A stretch of DNA of 64,000 nt from Takakia lepidozioides (taxonomy: Eukaryota > Plantae > Bryophyta), in the NCBI GenBank assembly GCA_030704615.1, contig CM060731.1, positions 94,054,001 through 94,118,000 on the forward strand, given 5' to 3'. A program made the translations under genes and the position numbers. Below the pieces are notes generated by a model. It was not told the DNA's origin. It made no database searches and saw nothing but the letters and a program-made list of their open reading frames with translations. Positions 47,901 through 60,828 of this stretch are shown here, in pieces. The first letter of the stretch is position 1. Every line of letters begins with the position of its first letter.

Positions 47901-50900
47901 TCAACAGTTGAAGTCACCACTGCACCCTTAGTAGTCCTCGACGCTTGTACTTGCTAACAGTTTTTCGGCTTGTACAAATGTTGAAGGGCCAACCAGAATC
48001 TCTTGTCATCGACGAGGCCGAGCTGCCCGCACTTGGAGTTCGCCGCAGGTCCTTCATGGCCAGTCGGGGGCTCCGACGCACAGAGGTCGTGGGGTCAGCT
48101 GCTCTCTTTGCAGGCGAGGGAGTTGCAACGCCGGTTCTCCGCGCCTCTCTAACGACAGACATGGACCACGAGAGAAAAAGGCAAGACAGGGAGGGAAGAG
48201 AAAGCAAAGGGAAGACGCGCAACAAACCAAAAATACAAGTCGACAAGAGAAGGCAAGCAGAGGAAAGACGCGCAAAAAGCAAAAAACACATCCAAGGAGA
48301 CATGGAATGAAAGTCGCTTGCGCATCCAACCGTCCATTTGAATTAAAGTACGTGCGTGTCAATAATCCACAAACCCACGACGGGGTTTAAGTTGTTCCCA
48401 AGTGCGAACTGCCAGTTCAAACTAAACCAAAAATAGTGAGGCGAGTGACTACAACAAGTTCCAAAAAACAACTCTATTAAGTCATGAACAAACTGCACCG
48501 CAGTCCAGCACACAACTTGGAGTCCAACTTCACAACTGCGCAGTTGGACTACCAAGAGCTTCAAAATCTTGCCTACGTAGAAAATGGAGGGTGCCAACCG
48601 TGCATGGCAATGGCGACTTGCACCCTCTGCACCACAAGGTCGGTCGTTGCTCGCCGGTACATCTTACTGAGTACTACCATCAGCACGTATTACACCATGG
48701 AGTGACATCAGACAGACATAGCAATACGCTTGATTTAACTCCTGGCAATCACACCTGTAGCCACAACAGAAAAGACAATTACTTGCGAAAGAAGCAATGC
48801 ACCTCCAACCCACATGTATTATGTCATATTGAATAAAGCAATGCAGGATTCTAATCCCTTAAATCACCTGTCTCACTGATCTCCCATGCACCAAGTGGAC
48901 ATGGAAGGCCCAGTATTCTGTACCACATTGCGTACTCGTACATCAGTGGGTACTTCTTCCTAGTCCGCAGAAGCCTCTTGGTGCAGCGGCAAGTCGGGCG
49001 CATTCGGGCACAGCCCTACGCCGATGCACTCCACTTTGCCCCATCCAATGCAGGAAAATGCAGAGGACCTTCTCATTATGCTTATGTCTTTTTTGACAAT
49101 GACTTTGTTAGTTTTGTCCATGTCTCGACATGTCATAATATCTTGCCTCTCTTTTGTGCTGCTCATCAGGATGTGGAGAGAGATGGAGAGAGGGAGTGTT
49201 GAGGAAAAAATAAATAAAAAAGAAGGTGGGGGGAGGGGGGGGGGGGGGTTGTTGACTGAGCAGCGCCTCTCATTTTAAGATAATAGTGTCTTCAATGGGC
49301 ACGTGCGATGTGGCCAGTGGGCCCTGCGCACGGACGCCCGGCTCCCCAGCACCCCGCCCGCCGCTGCGCGCGGTCGCCCAGCCGCGGGCACAGCTGCAGC
49401 AACCGCGCCCGCGCCCCCATCCGCCGTGCGGCCAGTCCCCCACCCATGAGTCCGCTGCCCAGCAGTCTGCCAGTCCGCCAGTCTGCCCGCCAGTCCGCTG
49501 GCCAGTCCCCTGCCATCCAGTCCGCTGACGGCGCAGGATCGCCACCGTCCATTCCTATAACCCATCTGAGCCCTCCATTTTTAGGGCTGCGAAAATGGCA
49601 ATGATCCTCCCACCAAATCCCGGCCGCTCTCTTTTGACGGCTGTTTGTTGTCCGATGTTGCGGTAGGCGTTTCCATGCACGCGACTGTTCCTCTTTTGCG
49701 CGCGATGTTCATGATGATGATGAAGCGTGTACTTAAACATGAGAGGACTGTCTCGGCACTACAGCCACCATCGTGCATATACTTCCACTATTTTTGCCTT
49801 CTTGTTGTGCTTTCGGGAACCTTCGTTTTATGGTTTGGTTCTATGTCATAAATATGGAAAATGCGGACATCTGTCATCGATAACGTCCTCTGCTTGTGAT
49901 CCATCATGATACGTTTAGCCTCTTCGTACTGCATCCCTCATGAGAGCCTTCACAAGTTTAGTTCGTTAAAGGAATCCATGGGTAACATGGGCGCGAAAAT
50001 GGTGGAAGCGTATGCACATGGGGGCGTGTATTGCAGATTTCGTATCGGACGATGGGACTGTTTATGTGACCAAGTATAGCGGCTTGCATCCGTTGTGCAT
50101 AAGTTGTGGAAAAGGGTGGAGAATATGAAGAAACCCAGCTTTGTGATGGATCCACATGGTATTATATAAGGGATGGCAACACAAAAAAACAATTCGAGTC
50201 GTCACGGAACACCATCCAGTCGTAAGGTCCTCAAACATCCACACGCACCTGCTGAATGCAGATGTCTGAGCCACGACGGGAGATGTCTGAGACAATTGCA
50301 TTTGCAAATGCGCGTGGATGTTTGAGGTCCGTTGTGTCGCAAGTCTGTTCACAGTGGGTCCGCTGGCCCGTCAGTGCTCCGGATATTCCCCTTATCGCGT
50401 GCATAACAGTCAGTTTGGAGGCGGTCTGCTGAAAGTCCGTCTGTTGGGATATCAGTCTGTTGCACTTGTGAATTTGTCAGTCTGTTGTGTCGGAAGTCTA
50501 TTGCACTAAGTTTGTTTGACTTCTTATTTTCCCTCCGGTCAGTCTTTTGGCTTGTTCTCCCGCCAGTCTCGCGAAACGTCCGTCTGCTGGACAGTTCTCC
50601 TCTATGGATATCAGTCTGTTGGACTGTGCATGCATCAGTCTGTTGTGCCGCGAGTCTGTTCGCAATGGGTGTGTTCAACTTTCATGTTCTCCCCTTACTC
50701 TCTTTTGTCTTCATTCCGCTGGCAGGGAAGTGCCTCCAATATGAAGCCGCTTCGCCTCAGCAAAGCGAATAGTCCGCTGGACTGGCGGTCCAGTGGACTC
50801 TCGGCCCGATGGGAAATGAGTCTGCTGCACTTGCGAGGACCGTGGATGAATTTAGTACGATGCGTTCGTTCGGTGGACGTATTCAATGCGATGACGGCGG

Positions 50901-52285
50901 ATAGTTGGCGCCTGTGAAATCGCGCCACGTTGGCAGCGCCATGCCCGCTTTCCCCCTTCTACTTCTACTTTCTTCTCATGTTCCCTGTGCGATCGACTCC
51001 ATTCTCTTCGCGCCTGTTTCTTCGCACAGTTTTGCACAGTTTTGTTATCCTCTTTGCGTTTCCATCACCGTAACGAAAGACGACCGTTCTTCCCCAGGTG
51101 TGGAGAGTCGTGGTGAGCCGCGAAGCATCGCAAACACGCTCGCCTTCGTAACAACTCGAAGTTCATCGGCTCGGTGAGGTTCTCACTTGCTGCGGTGTTT
51201 CCATTCCATTCTATGTCCTCTTCTTGCTTAGGATGAGTCTTTTCATAGGACTTCTATCTGTCGCTCTGTCGCTCTGTCGCTCATTGTCCTTGCACCTTCG
51301 TTTCATTCTGCAGCGATGGAGGATGCTTGTGAAAAGGGTGGAGCGGACTGGGTGGATTTTGTGCACCAAACCAGACTGAAGAAGGAGCGAAGGTACTGGT
51401 ACTCACCAGACGAGTTTGATCATAAAATAGTGGAAGCATTTGTAGACCTCCGCGCCCGGAAGCCCAAAAACTCGAATTGGCAGAAGGACAAGCTCTTATG
51501 TCCATTCTGTGAAGAGGTAATCAAGGACAAAATCCAACTAAATCGGCATTGTGTTGACACGGGTTGCAAGGAGACTGTTGCAATGATTCCACGGGATTTC
51601 AAGCCTTGGCCGATACTGAAAGAAATGTCGATTGTCAAAGAGCCCACAATGCGCTTGCGCGGATCAGTGCTTGACCCCCACACTTTGGAATTAGACGAAG
51701 TGCGCGCAAGGTATGGCGTCCATTGTGGTGGCCCGTCAATGGAGGATTTGCAAGTGCAGGGAACGCCGGACGCTCCCAGAAAACGTAAACTGAATGATGG
51801 GGCCCAAAAAAGGAGAGGCAAAAAAAGGAGAAGGCTGCAAGGTCTGATCGCGAGGCAAGGGCAAAATCCACGCAACAAACTGAACCCCGTCCTGGGCGGC
51901 AGACCCACACCATCAGTACTGATACTGAAAGTGAATCTGCTCAGGGCCTGGAAGGGGTGACAAGTCCAGTGGACATTGACTTGCCTGACCAGACTCGGCA
52001 GCAGACTCACACAAATATCGCGACCCATGCCATCGGTTTAGGGTCAAAACCAAAAACTCAACAGAGCATTGAAGGGCCAGTCTGCCCTGGCACATTGCGC
52101 CTCGTTGACTTTGGGCTTTTCCCACCAGAGTGCCCACCAATTGGGGATCCAGACTTCTTCCGTTATTTCTACAGAGTTGCCCAGTCAGGTCTGCTACGCA
52201 CATTCATCCGACAGGCGGAACAGAACTGGTTGAACAGCTTTGAAGATGAAGATGATGATGATGAAGTAGAGGAGGTAATGGTTAG

Positions 52286-52560
52286 TCTGACCGGGCAATC
52301 TGCTGGCTGGATTTGTCGGTTTGCTGCATGGTCTGCTGATGGGCAATCTGCTGGCTGGATTCGTCGGTCTGCTGCACGGTCTGCTGAGAGGCAATGTGCT
52401 GGCTGGATTCGTCGGTCTGCTGCACAGTCTGCTGATGGGCAATCTGCTGGCTGGATTCGTCGGTCTGTTGCACGGTCTGCTGTACAGTTTGCTGAGGGGT
52501 AGTCTGGTGGCCATGTTCACTGGTCTGCTGCACAGTCGGCTGAGGGGCAGTCTGTTGGCC
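52286..52560. repeat. 45-bp tandem repeat (ggcaatctgctggctggattcgtcggtctgctgcacggtctgctga)
   Basis: About five copies; an inverted copy lies at ~54420-54500. Confidence 0.85.
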
Positions 52561-55500
52561 GGTCTGTTCTCCGGTCTGCTGCAACGTCTGCAAAGTTCGC
52601 TGCTCGCTCAGTATTGTTTGCACATACTGAGTATGTGTGTGCGGGGCAGTCTGTTGGGAGTGATCCGGCCTATTACCCGGGACGGTCTGGTGCACATGCT
52701 CGGTCTCCAGCACTTGGGCAGTCTGCCCACATGTGTCGTGGAGAATATGTTGCTCGACATTCTTGTGGCCAGTCTGCTGGACAATCTCCCGAACTCCTTG
52801 TAAAGCCAGGACAAGGTCCCTTGCACCTCTGGCAAAAGAGTCAAAAGCAGCCTGCACTTGCTTGTCTCCCAGATCAACTCGCCCTGCAACACATGTTTAT
52901 GCAAATGTGAACTTGTAAAAAAGTTGGCAAAAGAAATTGAGCTGAAACACGAAAGTTGCCCATAACATTTTACCTTCCAAGAGATTTCCGACGAGGCCAA
53001 TGTCCTTGATTTGCCGGCACAGGCATGCTCCATCGAGATGAGCAATGGCGCCGATGCGGTCTTCAATTGGGATCCCACACCACATGACTTTGAAGACATT
53101 GGGATTCTGCAAAACAATGTCGAATACTGCTCACTCCATCACCAATGCAAACCAGTGCAATGCGTCATCCACCACAAACTTCTGTGAATGGTCTGTTCCA
53201 TGGAGTAAGTCCATCCTCAAACTATGCAGATCCTTCATCAACTTGTTGTATGAGCGGAAATTGCCAAATTGCATCCATCTGTGTTGTAGGAAGGAAGCTG
53301 CCATGCGCTCAAAGTCATCCTCAGTCAATCCGAACAAGTGCTTTCTTCGCACCCCAAAGGTTGGATGTGCCATAGGCATATGTCTCAGGTCTTCAGGCCG
53401 TGGGTCATCCATGAGAATCAGCTGCACAAGTAGAGGCGGCACATTTTGGTCGCTTGTGGCTTTAATGGCAACAGCAGAGGCGGCTTCTAGAACATGGTTG
53501 GCTTCCTCAATAGAAAACTCCATGGAATAATGAAAGGGTACAAATGACCACCGGCAGTCCGCAACAATCCGGTGGAGCTCATTATGCCAATCCAAATGGG
53601 GGCTAAATTCTCCCACCCTAAGCCGGGGAAGTGTGAGGTCTTCAGCTCCGGGTCGAATTACCGGTGATGGCGATCGTCAAACTGCAAAAAACGCCGTGCT
53701 ATGTGAGAGAAAGGCAGTCTGCTGGTCCGCAGTCTGTTGGATGACAAGACTTCCCATTGGCATGGGCTGCATGATGGGCTCCTGGAGAGGAGTCTGCAGG
53801 ATGACAGGCTGCTCGTTGGGAGTCTGCTCCGTTGGAGTCTGCTGGATGACAGGTTGCTGAACGGGAGTCTGCTAAATGACGGCCTGCTGAATGGGAGTCT
53901 GCTGGATGGCAGACTCGGTTGTCCCAGACGCATTCCCCCCCGACGCGTCTTGAATATGTAATGCCGCTATAGCAGCAGATGACCCAAGATACTTCAATAA
54001 TATGTACTCTCGCACGCGGTCCACTTCCGCACGCACTGTAGTCGCTTGTAAAGGAGCATCATTGCTAGGTATCCGCCAAGCCTGAATGGCCCTACGAATA
54101 GAAACACGTTCATCCTGGTACGCGGCAGAGAACTTCGACGTCAGGAACATGAACGTGGACTCTATATTCACCTCATGCAGTGGACTGGACTTACAGACCA
54201 GCAGACTGTAACGTGCGTACATAGGGTGAAGGCAACTAGTAGACTATACCAGTGGACTGGACCAGCGGACTGACAAACGGACTCAGTAAGTAATGCAGCG
54301 ATATAAAACAGACTAACTGATGAGCGGAGTGAGCCAGCGGACTGAGGAGAGAACATAGCGGACTGACCAGACTAAATAGGCAACGTGACCCTGATGATGG
54401 ACTCAAACAGCACACATGCAGCAGACCGTGTAGCAGACCGTGCAGCAGACCGATGAATCCAGCCAGCAGATTGCCCCTCAGCAGACTGTGCAGCACACTG
54501 GCGAACCCACTCAGCAGATGGCCGAGCAGACTATCCAGGAGACTAACAGCCAGTCTGTTCCCTGGATTGTGCAACAGACTCGGATGCACTGGCCTCATCG
54601 GGACCCTGTGGACGAATTTCTGCTGAGTTCCCAACAACATGTTTTTGGATCTGCCAGTATGAGTGTTTTGACCGAGTCCACTTTTCCCCCAGGCACATTC
54701 ACTGACGACATCATCAGGTCACCGGTAAAGCATTCTTATCCAGCTCCCCATGGCCTGCCTTCTATGACCTTCCAGGTTAGTTCCGTTTTCGTGCGCTCAG
54801 TGACGAAAGCCATAGTTGAGTCTTACGTGATGACCGAACTCAATCTGGAACGCAAAACCGTATCATAGATCTTACAGAAGAGTCTGAGGAAGAAATTGCC
54901 GGTGGGTCTTCCATACATGTTCTTGATGTTTCCCAAGTCCATGGAGATCCAAACACCCAGCCGGCTGTCCACCAGACTGACCAGCACACTGAACAGTTGA
55001 CACATGGAAGGACTACCGAGCAACCTGTGGCGGGGCAGCATACTGTCTTCATTGATGAGCAGACTGAACCGCAGACTAACCAGCAGACTGCACAGGTCAC
55101 AGATGGAAGGACTGATCAGGATGGCTCGGAGCGGCAGACTGCACAGCTCAGCTCTGACTGCACAGTTCAGATTGCACGGCCTGACCAGCACACTGCACAC
55201 TTCACAGAGGGAAGGACTGACGACCAACCTGCCACCGAGCACATTGCCCACATTGAGGAAGAGAGTGAATCGCAGAGTTGCCAGCAGACTACACAGTTCA
55301 CAGACAAAAGGACTGACGAAGAACCGGCGGCCGAGCAGACTGCCCACATTGAGCGACAGACTGAACATGCTGGCAGGCACACTGACAAAGAACCACATGC
55401 GGTGCAGATACCGTCTGGTATAGCGCTGGATTACATGGAGTCTGCTCCCTCATCCCTTGGGCAGGCTGTGCCATTTCCTCAGCACTGTTCTTTATGTTTT

Positions 55501-56176
55501 AGCACATTGTGAAATTGGGCTAATTTGACATTTTGCTTGGTATCCTCACAGGATGTTCGTCCCTCCGTCGGTAGACTGTCTACTTCTGAGGACATGACAT
55601 CTTCTGCCCATGCTGCAAACGTGGGATCAACAACCAAGAAAGGTGTGGGGGTGAGCACGCCCCCCAATGCGCGGGTCAGTTCTATGCATGCGACCCACAA
55701 AGCTGCAAAGACAAGTGTAAACAAACCTGCTGACCAACCTCTGTTGCGAAGTAGGGCGGCAGCACTGCGTTTGTCTGCTCTATCCAGCCCGCCTACAGCT
55801 ATCCCTGCTTCCCAGGGGAGAGGCAAAGCCAAGAAGCGGACTGTCGTGGACCATGCTGAAGAGGTCGAGGAGGGTCCGAGTACCAAGAGTCCGGCGAAGA
55901 AAAAGTCTGGCGTCTTTATGAACAAGAACAACAAGCTGGCCTTGGACATGGACAAAGATGTGGGTCGTTTCCTGGAGCAGCATAGGTGAGTACTGTGCTC
56001 AGTCTCCTCGTCTGTCTTTGTTGTTAAGTGCTTTGCGCTCTGTTGTGGTCAGTCTGCACGCTGGTCACTCTGCTGCTGGTTTCATCATTGTCTGTTGTGG
56101 TTAGTCTTGTCAGTCTGATGAATTGTTCAGCCTGTAGAGTGTTTGGTACCATATATGACGTCAGTTTGTTCAGTAC

Positions 56177-57209
56177 ATGAGGCTTCCCGAAGGATGGTCT
56201 GCTCTATGCAGGATGGGTGCTCGGTTTGGCGAAGCACATGCTTTGCACGTGAAGGCGGGTAATTCCATGCTGATGTTTTTTGAAGGGGACCCACGGTTTG
56301 AATGCGGACTGTCGCCGGATGACATAAAGGCGGTCCAGAAGGTTGAGTCGGAGTGCACAGATAGACTCCTGGAGCTGTGGTGTCGATTCTATGAGAAGTT
56401 GGTTGAGGCTGCGTTCACCAACACTATTGCTGTTCTTCCAACGTCGACGTGGACGGTGTTGAAGTCATTGGGGGTGGGGCAACATGAAAGCCTTCTGGAG
56501 GTCTTGAAAGGTTGCCTCAGCACTGAACGACTGGGCAAGGACTTGAAAGAGTGCGATTTCATTTTGGTGCCAATTGGGGACGAGTAAGAACTCTTCTGAG
56601 TCTGCTGAGACTGTCTCCTGAGTCATAGTCTGGTTTCGCAGTGTCGTCTTGACTCTGAGCGATTAAGTTGACCTCTGTATTTGTGCAGTGGACTGGGTTT
56701 GAAGATTGAGTCTGCTGAGTGTCAGTCTGCTGAGTCTGCCCATCATGATTGTGCAATGACGCCATGTTGTTTGATACCATTGCAGGAGGCACTGGAGTGT
56801 TTGTATCATCGACCTCCGCAAGGGCTGTTACATTCACCTGAACTCTATCAGGGACTTGCATAAATGTCCATTTGTTCTAGGGTGGATTCAGAAGCTTCAT
56901 GCTGAGTGCTTAGGGTACTCGATGGACTCACCATAGTGGCATGAGATTGTCCAAGCGTTTCAGTTCCACGCGTCTGATGTGCCCCAGCAACCATTCAGCT
57001 GGGAGTGTGGCTTTTACGTCATGTCATTCATTCAAGTGTTTTATGAGTGGGTAAAAGTCAGAGAAAATGTCTCCAAGACTGCAAAGCCAGAGAGAGGAAC
57101 ACCTTTCACGAAGGACTGGTTTACTTTCAAGTTTGCACTTGGGCAGCGAATGCAGTGTGCCCAGTATATCGTGCGGGGGTTGGACAATGTAGAGAAACTG
57201 CTCTCATGA
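56177..57209 (+). pseudogene. Ulp1/C48 SUMO-protease-like domain, intron-containing
   Basis: CDFILVPIGD|GT..AG|HWSVCIIDLRKGCYIHLNS ... DVPQQPFSWECGFYVMSFI, carrying the His, Gln and Cys motifs of C48 peptidases. Confidence 0.75.
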
Positions 57210-57577
57210 GTATGATGTACTTGTCCTGTGAAGTCTATGTACCGAAATAAAAAATGCGAGTCTTTTCGCTTACTATTCCAGTGGTGATGAGCACTTTTGT
57301 GTACTGTGGATGCTGGCATGTTTTGTAATGTTGTCACTAAACTCAATGGACACAATGGTGTCAATTTTTCCATGCACTGTGCACCCGAGTCTGCTGAGCT
57401 TGAATGTGCGAGCAGTACGCTGCCGAGGCTAGGACTGCTGGGTCTGGTACCTAGTCTAGGAGGCACCATGTCCATGAGTCCGCTGGGACGCTGGATTGGC
57501 ATAAGTTGTAGGGATGAGGTGGAAGTGTGGTGAGCAGACTTTTGGAGTGGGCAGCAGACTGACCAGCAGACTGGCTT

Positions 57578-58306
57578 TGTCGCGGCCCTTTGCCTTGAGG
57601 GCAGGGGGGGGGTCGGGACACAAGAGGGGCTGCCCCTATGGTGGGGGCAGTAGCAGCGATAGGTACGGGGGCTGAAGCACCCTTGAGTGCCCAAGGCACT
57701 CAAGGAGGCGGAGGCGCTCACTAGGTGGAGCCCCGCACACCGGGTTGCGGTGGGGGTGGCTCCACAAGGGGTGGTGGTAGCTTAGCGGGACTTAGTGGGG
57801 GTGGCATAGGACTCACCATGGGGTGGAGACCTCGAGGTGGGAGTCGTGGGGAGTCTTGGGACTCATCACGGTCCATTGGGGCCGCGGTGAGTGGGCCAAG
57901 ACTCACCGCGACTCACCACCGAGAATCGAGGGTCTTCGTGGTGGTTCGCCATAAAATGGCATGGCTGGTTGTGAAACCCCCGCGGACAGCTACAGAAGTA
58001 TATATAGGGAGTAGTAACCCCGAGAACGGTGCAAGCCCGTTGGTGACCAAAAACTAGTGAGTAAGCGAGCGAGCTGGAAAGCGACCAAATAGTGGGGAGC
58101 TGTTCCGGATTGCCAACTACCAAAGGGAATTCCCGCTGGTTCCAATCGGTGGAGGGTTCTTTGGGAGAACAAAGGGGGGACCGTTATGCCCCGGTGAGCA
58201 GCCGAAGCTCCAAGTTGGCCCGGCGGCCAGGTTGGGAGTCAGGCGCGCGCATCAAAGCGAGTAACTATGACTTGAAGGGGAGCTTACCGAAGTGAGGGGC
58301 GCGACA
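57578..58306 (+). repeat. 5' LTR (729 bp)
   Basis: TG...CA with 7-bp inverted ends; TATA-like tatata at ~57999. Confidence 0.95.
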
Positions 58307-58308
58307 CT

Positions 58309-58320
58309 TGGTATCAGAGC
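58309..58320 (+). promoter_or_regulatory. PBS complementary to initiator Met tRNA
   Basis: tggtatcagagc. Confidence 0.92.
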
Positions 58321-58361
58321 TTAGAGTTCAGTACGCGATCGTCCTTGGGATTGGCCTCATA

Positions 58362-60779
58362 ATGGGGTCGGGCAAGCCGAAGCGAAAGCGAAACGGCCCA
58401 AAAGACGATGATCTTGGTGAGCCCGATGGGGGCGACGTGTCACCGAGGCGACCGTTTGAGGAAGCGATGCATGTTTCCAAAAACGAGGCCGCTCAAGAGC
58501 GGGAGGAATCCGAGGAGTCGGAGCCCGAGGAATCCTTGAGAGTTCCGACAAACCAAGAGATGCCTCCCATGCCGGCAGCCTTTTGGGAAGGGTTGTTGGT
58601 GCAGTTTGGCGGGACGTTGAAAGACGTGTTGAAGGCGGCTAATGCCACTTCCACTAAGGCAAAGTTTAAGGAACCCGGCACCTTCGAGGGCGTCCGAAAT
58701 CGGAAGGCACTCAACACCTGGCTCCTGGAGCTAGAGCAGTACTTCCGGGCGGCCAAGTTGAGTGACGAGGATCGGGTGGAAGTGGCTCCCACCTATGTGA
58801 GGGGCTATGCTCAACAATGGTGGCAGAAACGCCTTCACGACCGAGGCCCAAGCCCGGAAACCTTGAACTAGAGTGGGTTCAAGGAATTGATGAAGAGACA
58901 GTTTGTGCCCCTCAACGCATCCTGGCTTGCCCGGGACAAGATGAGGAATTTGAAGCAAACAGATGACATTCGGGGGTATGTCCAGGCTTTCAATGTGCTG
59001 TTGTTCGAAGTCGCGGACATGGCAGAACCAGAAATGGTCTTCAACTTTGTGGCGGGGCTGGCCCCATGGGCCAGGCGGAAGTTGGAGGAGAAGCCACCCA
59101 AGACTTTGAACGAGGCAATTGAGAGGGCTGAATGTTTCTCGGATGTCCCTAGGGGTGAGAGACAAGGCCGTATGGAGCTGAACCACAAGAAGACCCGGCG
59201 GGAAGGTGACTCCTTCCGACCGGAAAAGAAGTGGGATAGGCCACGCGGCGACAATGGCACGTGGAAATCGAAGGGAGGGCCTTCACACGTCAAGGCCGCA
59301 CCCGGTGCTTTGAAAGGAAAAGCGGGTGGAGCGGCTTATGGCGGACAGAAGGCGACCTTTGATGGAGTGTGTTTCAATTGCGGGGAGCCCGGGCACATGG
59401 CCAAGAAGTGCACAAAACCTCGTCAATTGAACATGACTCGGGCAACCACAGAGCTGTCGGAAGATACCATCAGTCGCTTGGTGGAAGCGGTGGTTGCCAG
59501 GACTTGCAAGGTAGGCAACTATTCTTGTGAGTTGTATCAGGAAACTGGCGCCCTGCGTAAAGGGAGTCAGTTATTGTTCGTGGAAGGGATAATATCCGGA
59601 ACTAACGTGTCGTTGTTGGTGGACACAGGAGCGTCGCACTCCTTCATGACGCCGGCGACGGCGCGAAAGTTGGGACTCCCGACAAGTGACGTGGGGGCCT
59701 CTATTGAGGTGCGTTCTGCCAAAGGAGAACCACAGTTGGCGACAAGGTTGGCGTTTGATGTTCCTCTTCAACTGGGGAGTTGGGAGGGACGTGAGAACTT
59801 CACCATCTGCGAGATCGAAGGAGTGGATCTCATTTTGGGGATGACCTTTTTGAGCAAATCCGGAGCGGTCATAGATGGCCGCAAGAGAGTGGTCACGCTG
59901 CCATGTGGGAATGGTGGCGAGGTTTTAAGAGTGTCGGAAACGCCCAAATCCGTGGGAGGGCGAATAAACCTTCTGTCAGCAAGGGAGTGGGCCGTGGAGG
60001 AGGCACACGAGCCCCAGTTTTTGCTTTACATTAGAGAAGTGAAGGGAGAAGGCGATGGGGAGCCGAGCCCAGATTGGATCAAGGGGATCTTGGAGAAATA
60101 CCAGGATGTGATGCCGGAGGATTTACCAAGCGGCTTGCCACCGCGAAGAGGAGTTGACCACAAGATTGAGGTGATACCGGGATCGGAACCGCCTGCCAAG
60201 GCACCCTACCGGTTGAGCCACAGGGAGTTGGTCGAGCTGAAGACTCAGCTCAAGGATCTAATGTCAAAGGGGTACATCCGACCGAGTAAGTCACCTTACG
60301 GAGCCCCGGTGCTATTTGCAGACAAGAAGGATGGGACGCTGCGGATGTGTGTCGATTACAGGGCTCTGAATAAGGTGACTATCAAAAACCGGTACCCTTT
60401 GCCAAGGATCGACGACCTCTTCGATCGGTTGGCAGGAGCGAAGTATTTCAGCCGGATCGACTTGCGCTCCGGCTATCACCAAATTCGGGTGGCGGAAGGA
60501 GATGAGGAGAAGACCGCGTGCAGGACAAGGTATGGTTCATATGAGTTCTTGGTGATGCCTTTTGGGTTCACCAATGCACCTGCGACCTTTAGCACGCTGA
60601 TGAACAGCCTTTTCCAGGAGTGGATGGATGACTTTGTGATCGTGTACATCGACGACATCTTGGTGTACTCGAAAACAAAGGAGGAGCACTTGGAGTACCT
60701 CAAAAGGGTGTTCCAAAAGTTGCGGGAAGGGAAGCTGTACGCCAAAGCTTCAAAGTGCGCTGTCAGACCTTCTGTGTAA
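58362..60779 (+). pseudogene. Gag-protease-RT of chromovirus
   Basis: KFKEPGTFEG; [14 protein letters not shown]; [11 protein letters not shown]; [11 protein letters not shown]; YIDDILVYS. One TAG at 58869 and an apparent deletion after KC at ~60760. Confidence 0.93.
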
Positions 60780-60828
60780 ATCTAAAGTCTGGGCATAGAA
60801 CACCTTTTGTGGCCAAGCTTTTGTTGAA

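Larger units (their letters stand above)
49297..57577. mobile_element. Probable large Ulp1-bearing DNA transposon (MULE/CACTA-type), interrupted by the chromovirus
   Basis: GC-rich terminus-like tract from 49297, pervasive cagcagact/agtctgctg motifs, intron-containing ORFs and a Ulp1 domain. Transposase and right end not identified. Confidence 0.45.

Noticed and set aside
58869-58871. Programmed gag-pol stop-codon readthrough
   Set aside because: The TAG lies mid-gag at an expected Trp position, so it is more simply a TGG>TAG mutation.
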